Assembly (NCBI GenBank): GCA_030265395.1
Contig: JARFYF010000059.1
Span: 22,521,021-22,585,020, forward strand
Direction: 5' to 3'
DNA length: 64,000 bases
Origin: Rhina ancylostomus
Taxonomy: Eukaryota
Positions 57,834 to 64,000 of the stretch are shown here, piece by piece (position 1 is the stretch's first letter; every line of letters begins with the position of its first letter). The notes under the pieces were generated by a model, which was given only the letters and a program-made list of their open reading frames with translations, was not told the origin of the DNA and ran no database searches. The position numbers and the translations under genes are program-made.

Positions 57834-59514
57834 GGTTGTAGAAACTTCATTTACCAGTGTGGACAGGATTTCTGCGGAAGCTACAGGAGTGGATTGAGCG
57901 AAGCCATGAGGCAATTCACCCCTTACATATCTTGGCCCTTCAATGATGTCTCCTCTTTCTGCTGACCTCAGCATCCTCACAGACTCATGCAGTTCACAGG
58001 AGTTGTGCTCTCACAATGCAACACCAGATTGGCTATTTCAGTCCTTTGGATTCTGATGTAAAAGAAGATGCTCCACAGAGGCAATAGTGAAGTCAGATGC
58101 TGACACAAAGTACAGGACATCTTACTTTGCAGTTGGCGATTGTGTAATGAACTGTGAATTTTTACACTGATTAGCGAAAAGACTCTTAATTCCCAACTCT
58201 GAAATTGACCATGTTATGAATGTTGTGAGCTGGACTAAACCTCGAAGAAATTTGGCTCCTCCCATGAAACTGGAGCTGANNNNNNNNNNNNNNNNNNNNN
58301 NNNNNNNNNNNNNNNNNNNNNNNNNNNNNNNNNNNNNNNNNNNNNNNNNNNNNNNNNNNNNNNNNNNNNGTGTGTAATCCACTTTCCATCAATTTTTATG
58401 CACTTATCAGGAACACATGTATAAGGCAATTCCTTCTGAAGTATTAAAAGGCATTATGTACTATTAGTGCCTGTGTAACAAAATATATGGGGAGCCTCAC
58501 AACTGTGACACATTGTTTGACACCAAATATCGGCCTTCAGGGTCTGTATCCATGCATTTTCTGTTAAAGTTTAAGAACATTTTCTGACACTATAGCCTTG
58601 AAATTGAATCCATTTGCGCACATTTTTCAACTGCTGATCCTGCATACAGGTTTATTTGGGGTAAGTCATGCCAGCAATCGTTTCCGGGTGAAATCATGTC
58701 CATTAGGAAATTGGTCTGGGTACTTCCAAAATGATTCACCTTAGTTTGGATGATGCTTTCACCAAGGTTAGTTGTACACCTGATGACATCACCAATTGTA
58801 CACCGCACATTTCCTCTCTTGCCAGTGTTAACTGGAACTTTGGGTGTGACCTACATTTAAACTCTCAAAAAAACTGGTGCAGATCAAGGAGGTGAAAAGG
58901 TGTGCACAGTGACACTGATGTCTTGCACACAGCAACTGCCAGCCTCTCTTTTCAGTTGTCGACATAATGGAAACTGTTCAGTGGTGGTCCCTTCACTCTT
59001 TATTGTGTTCTCTGTCTTCCTGACCATCCCACAGCTCACAGGTGGAGAAGATTATCATGTGTAGGATGCCCAGCTTATGGTCTCCCACTTTCAATGCAAT
59101 TTCCCTCACCTTCATGACAGCTTATTAAGCAATTGTCCTATGGTTGTCCGAGAAGGATTTCTTGCAGGTTGACATCCTTCTCAGGGACATGTGCATCCCA
59201 TTGCAGTGCATGGTGCTGCTATATAGCACTTTTATAGCGCTATTCCTGACATATTTTTGCTCAACTTCCCAAATTTTTGCTGGGTATCTAGTTGAGCATT
59301 AGCACGAAGCACAACAAATGTTCAGTTCAGTGCATTAAAAGAGAGTAAAATCTAGACAAAAGTTTGCTTCTGAGAATATTTTTATGAAAGCACTAATTTT
59401 CTGTCAGATGTCAAATTCTAGATATGTGTGACTTGTTTCCAAATGACCTGCTGTGAAGTTGGGTTGGCATAAAGAGGAGTAATTTGAACAAAAGAGTGCG
59501 TCAGTATCTTAAGG

Positions 59515-59694
59515 GCCACCTTGTCTATTGTGTTCGGTGTTCACAATGTGGCCTCCTCTACACTGGAGAAATCAAATACAGATTGCAGGGCACTGGTGCT
59601 CTGTCCACAAGGATGATCCTGAATTTCCAAGGTGATTCTGAATTTCCTGTTGTATGCCACTTTAAGTTGCAATCCCACTCCTATTCTGACCTAT
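59515..59694 (+). mobile_element. Penelope-like GIY-YIG endonuclease fragment
   Basis: HLVYCVRCSQCGLLYTGEIKYRL..EFPVVCHF..SHSYSDL: VY..CxxC..Y(I)GET GIY-YIG signature; runs into N gap. Confidence 0.88.
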
Positions 59695-59794
59695 NNNNNN
59701 NNNNNNNNNNNNNNNNNNNNNNNNNNNNNNNNNNNNNNNNNNNNNNNNNNNNNNNNNNNNNNNNNNNNNNNNNNNNNNNNNNNNNNNNNNNNNN

Positions 59795-60050
59795 TGAAGA
59801 AGCCTTTACTCATGTTTCACCTTATGGCTTGCTGAACTGAACTTTAAGAACCATTCCTGGACGTGGAGTTTTGGAATTTGCCCCACACACGACAAGTTTA
59901 GTTGGTGTTTGGGGGTTAACGTTTAGGGTTTAACATTTTTACTTCTAACATTCTCACATTTTATTTTGATTTTACTTATTATCATAAGTAGTTTAGTTTA
60001 TAACACTTATACATGTCTCGGTGTGTTTCTTTTGTTGCTGGTTCATAACA
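59795..60050 (+). mobile_element. Possible 3' part of an LTR
   Basis: AT-rich segment then GTGTGTTTCTTTTGTTGCTGGTTCATAACA ending in ACA, LTR-like; 5' end hidden in gap, no PBS seen. Confidence 0.3.
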
Positions 60051-60430
60051 CTAGACCTTTCAATATTCAGCAGGTTTCAATGAGATCCCTCCTCATCCTT
60101 CAAAACTCCAGCGAGTGCAAGCCCAGAGCCATCAAACACTCCTCATACATTAATCCTTTCATTCCTGGGATCATCTCGTAAATCTCCTCTGGTCCCTCTG
60201 CAATGCCAGCACATCCTTCCTTAGATATTGGACCTAAAACTCACAATACTCCAAATGTGGTCTAACCAATGCCTTATAAAGCCTCAGCATTACATCCTTG
60301 CTTTTATATTCCAGTCCTCTAGAGATGAATGCTGACATTGCATTTGCCTTCCTTACTACTGACTCAACCTGCAAGTTAACCTTCTTCAGGGAATCCTGCA
60401 CTAGGGCTCCCAAGTCCCTTTGCACCTCCG
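60051..60430 (-). mobile_element. CR1 ORF2 internal fragment (young)
   Basis: EVQRDLGALVQDSLKKVNLQVESVVRKANAMSAFISRGLEYKSKDVMLRLYKALVRPHLEYC..RRFTRMIPGMKGLMYEE.L..LGL.SLEF.RMRRDLIET. Confidence 0.95.
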
Positions 60431-60765
60431 AAATTCAGTTCCAAAATGGGAATGATGAGGAAGACACAATGGAGAGCTTCAAAGCCAAAGGAAGACTCGA
60501 ACAAGAAAACAAGCACTACCAGTTGGGAAAAAGGAGCAGAGCAGCAGATTGGTGAGACTGGGCCAAAACTAATATAGACTGTGCAAGTGAAGGCAGTGTT
60601 AGAAACTTTCATGGGGTCGAGACCAGAAGAAATTTACATCCAGAAGCCTTGGTGCAAAAAAAATCTGTTTACAGAGACTTTTGACAAGACCATGACTTGC
60701 ATTAGTGGAAAACAAACAAAATTACAGAGCTCCAGTTTGAAACCCATAATCTCTCTACTCTCTCT

Positions 60766-60806
60766 CCAGTTCTGAGGAAGGGTCACTGACCTGAAACATT
60801 GACTGG
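60766..60806 (+). ncRNA. Minimal type-I hammerhead ribozyme motif in Penelope end (element to ~60866)
   Basis: Stem I CCAGUU/GACUGG; core CUGAGGA; extra A; stem II GGGUC-ACU-GACCU; GAAA; C-AUU. Confidence 0.7.
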
Positions 60807-61384
60807 TTTCTCTTTCCACAGATGCTGCCTGACTGGCTGAGTTCCTCCAGCATTTGTGTTTTTGTTAAGGGCAAATAGAAATGGGCAGCAAGTCCACATC
60901 CTTTCCAGCAGCTCCACATCCCTGGAAATGGATAACGGAATGGGGGTGATTCAAACAGATTAATTCAATCTCCATCTCCTGTGGTCAAATGTCTGAAGTT
61001 TCAAAGAATTATAGGTTCTTACAGACAAGGGTTTACAGATTTTACCCATGTGTATTATTTGTTCCATTACAAATTGTGCAGCTCCCGAAATGAATTGGGA
61101 ATTATTTGATTCTCCAAATACTTAATTCAGTTGTGGTCATCATTACAGGATGGTGCAAAGCAACGTCACTTTGTAGGTAAAACCCACTTGTTTTCATTTT
61201 AGATCAGCCTGTCATCATAATAGAGTCATTCCACAAAGGTAAGTTGTTGGGTTGCTGTTGGGCAGTTTCCTAATAGGCATCCGAGAGCACCGTGTTGATG
61301 CAGTATTTCAGGTATTTGGTTAGATCTGAATCATTAGTCCAGAGCAACATAACCACAAGACTAACAAGACCTTATCAGTGGTAT

Positions 61385-61730
61385 GTATATTACAGATTTG
61401 CAGAAAAGGCCAACTGGTCCACTGAATCTGCACAGCTCACCAATACTAATCCCATCCATTTGTCTGATAACCACATCCTGTTATTTAAGGACTTATTTAA
61501 TTCCCCCTTTGAAAATCTTTTTTGAATACTGGTTCAACAATAGTTTGTGACAAGGAAATCAACATTCAACCCACATGTGTAAAGGTTATTTTCTTTCTGG
61601 TGCCCTCTAATTCTTTTTGTTGTGATCTGAAATGTGCTCTCTTGTTGCAGCCCAATAATCCAGAAGAAATAATCTTACTATTTAACCCATTAAGACACTT
61701 CATAATCTTGAAGACTTCTATCAGGACTTC
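61385..61730 (-). mobile_element. Old CR1 3' end
   Basis: AGGCCAACTGGTCCA..ATTTAAGGACTTATTTAATTCCCCCTTTGAAA..CTTCATAATCTTGAAGACTTCTATCAG (reverse LIEVFKIMK). Confidence 0.7.
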
Positions 61731-61861
61731 TGTTGCTCCACTGATGCCCTATGATAAAAGCTCTGATCCCACAAGCGACTCTTCAAAACTGTGACTACGT
61801 CACCCCACATTCCTCTAGCCTCCCAGTAGAGAGCTATGATAATGGGAAACAATGAGAGAGC

Positions 61862-62070
61862 AGTTTACCTGAAGGTGGAGAATTCAATGTTCATTCCACA
61901 AGCTAGCTAAGTGTCTATTTGGAAGATAAAACGATGTTTGAGTTTACATTGGGCCTCACTATGGCAGTGGAGGAGGCTGCAGGCAGACAGTCTGAATAGG
62001 TCAGAAGAGGAGTCGGATTGAGAATTAAAGTGGCATACAACAGGAAACTCAGGAACACCCTGTGGACACC
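61862..62070 (-). mobile_element. Penelope-like GIY-YIG C-terminal fragment
   Basis: Reverse: PEFPVVCHFNSQSDSSSDL..SLLHCHSEAQCKLK..IF..GMNIEFSTFR. Confidence 0.85.
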
Positions 62071-62144
62071 ACACCACGCACATGCATTTACATCCTTCCG
62101 ATCATCAGACAGCAAAATCTATTTTTGCATCCATAATATTTTCC

Positions 62145-62181
62145 AGTTCTGATGACAGGTTACTGACCTGAAACTTTAACT
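62145..62181 (+). ncRNA. Minimal type-I hammerhead motif in inverted Penelope pLTR (element to ~62240)
   Basis: Stem I AGUU/AACU; core CUGAUGA; extra C; stem II AGGUU-ACU-GACCU; GAAA; C-UUU. Confidence 0.65.
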
Positions 62182-63774
62182 TATTCTCTCCCCCTGGCAT
62201 TCTCTGGTCTGTCACGATTACTGGCGTTTTCTGGTTATCTATCGGATTAGGACTGCGGCAGTTCAAAAAGGCAACTCACTGCCACCTCCTCAAAGACTAT
62301 AAGGGATGCTCACACCTTGTGGAATTTTACCCTTGTCAAAATCTATCTTTCTTTTATAAATGTAGAAAATCCCAGTAATTTTAATAAATAATTTAGTAAC
62401 TCCTCACTGATGAATGAATCAGTTTTTGCTTGCTGCAGCTGATAACACAGTGCAATCAATCCAGCAGGGAAAGTAACCAAAGGATGAAAGACTGACGTTT
62501 CCCCTCCTTTTCCAACAACTTCAATGCACTAGTGCCCTCTGCAGGAGAGCCTAAGATCACATTATTTAAAAAGTGAGACCCACAGCCTACTTCAATATGC
62601 CCATACCGTCCTACTTAGCACATTGGCTTCCAGAGAACTGGCAGTATCAGGCCGGCTGCTCATTTATACACTCCAGCTCAATTTTTTTGTGTTTTATTGA
62701 AGCCAATGGAAGGACAGATCAAACAGATGACATCTGGCTGCTCTAATGCTGCCGGATTTCACTCAGCTGGCAACCGAAGTGAAAGATCCCTTGGGACTTC
62801 AACCCAGTTTATAGCAGCGGAGTGGGGAAATCCCTGAGAATGCTTCTGGCATGACAGATTTCCCAATGCAGCAACCCATGCTGACAGACACACATAACAC
62901 CACCACCCATTGCCTTCACATCCATGGCGGGATGTAATTTGGCTCATTGTGCCTGTGTCGTTCCAGCTCTCAAATCCCACCTTTTCCCCACATCAGTTCT
63001 CCAATCTGTTTTTGAATGTCCCACAGAAGTCATTTCTAAAGCAAAGCTATGTTCAACTGAATGCTATTTGAAAATTTTCTCTCCTATACTTCATCATCTG
63101 AATAACAAGAACTTGTTTTTATTTAACTCCTGAAGGTGGCATGTCTGCCAATGCAGAATTTCTTCAGAGCAACACACCAGGGTGTCAGCCTTAAGTGTAT
63201 GAAAGTTATTAATTAGGAAGGCAGCATAAAAACACATTCAATTCTTCTTATGTTAACAGGATTTACAAGAACAGGTAAAGATCAAAGCTTTGCAACCCAC
63301 CTGGGTATCAAAGTTCAGCTTCACCACTACTTGCTTACTACATGCCACATTCCTTTGTTACCCTGCCTGAACTACATTGAACTGAGTCGAGGATACTTTG
63401 TCAAGGATATCAGAATGGATTTGGACACAGAACATTAATATTATTACTATTGGCTCAGAATTTCATGCCAGCAGTAAGCCATTCAGACTCACAACTGACC
63501 AATGCGGAAAGTGTGAATTATCATTGCCAACTTGCTGCTCTATGCAAGGCTGATTCTTGGTGACAAAACCCATGGGGTAGCAGGGCCTGGTGCAATGTAA
63601 TGTGGTGGGGAGATGTAAAACAAGGTCTGCCTGCCAAACAGCTGGCAAAAATCTGGCTAGAGAGCCCTAAAATTATCCACAATTTTCAAAGAAGGCTAAA
63701 ATGCTACAAAAACTTCTGAAAACATATTTAACTAAATTAAACATTTGATCAAGTTCAATTAAGTCAAACAAGTT

Positions 63775-64000
63775 CCTGGGAAAGGGAATCAAAAACTAGA
63801 GAGCATAGGTTTAAGGTGAGAGTGGAAATATTTAAAAGGGACTTGAAGGGCAACTTCTTCATGCAGAGGGTGGTGCATATATTGAATGAGCTGCCAGAGA
63901 AAGTAGTTGAGGCAGGTACCATAACAATACTTAAAAGACATTTGCATAAGTATATGAATAGGAAAGATTTAGAGGGACAAATGCAAGCAAATGGGACTAG
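63775..64000 (+). mobile_element. CR1 (HER1-like) 3' end, runs off window
   Basis: GESKTREHRFKVRVEIFKRDLKGNFFMQRVVHILNELPEKVVEAGTITILKRHLHKYMNRKDLEG. Confidence 0.93.

Noticed and set aside
187-63648. ORF-track entries as host protein-coding genes
   Set aside because: All are short (162 aa or less), overlap in several frames and lack recognisable host domains. The recognisable ones are retroelement fragments, and several are open only because they cross N-runs.

Overview
Eukaryotic, almost entirely non-coding, AT-rich DNA. The repeat content (CR1/HER1-type LINE tails, HE1-type V-SINEs, Deu-domain SINEs, Rex1/Babar, L2, Tx1-type L1 and Penelope-like elements) points to a cartilaginous fish, probably a ray or other batoid; this is an inference from recalled consensus sequences, not a database hit. 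No intact protein-coding gene, tRNA/rRNA gene or CRISPR array is supportable. The ORF track is mostly chance ORFs plus fragments of retroelement ORFs. Between the repeats lie several homeodomain-motif-dense blocks that look like conserved enhancers, as in a gene desert or large intron. The most striking signal is a family of about 12 Penelope-derived end fragments. Seven still show a minimal type-I hammerhead ribozyme core (CUGANGA-like...GAAAC-NNH), with subfamily-specific core variants. Three are 110-190 bp palindromic mini-insertions flanked by 12-15 bp target-site duplications. Other points of note are a 26-bp minisatellite built from a Pol III B-box-like unit, a V-SINE with a Rex/Babar-type tail, and a cluster of Tx1 ORF1/ORF2 fossils. 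Nine N-runs interrupt the window. Boundaries of old repeats were read by eye and are approximate (tens of bp).
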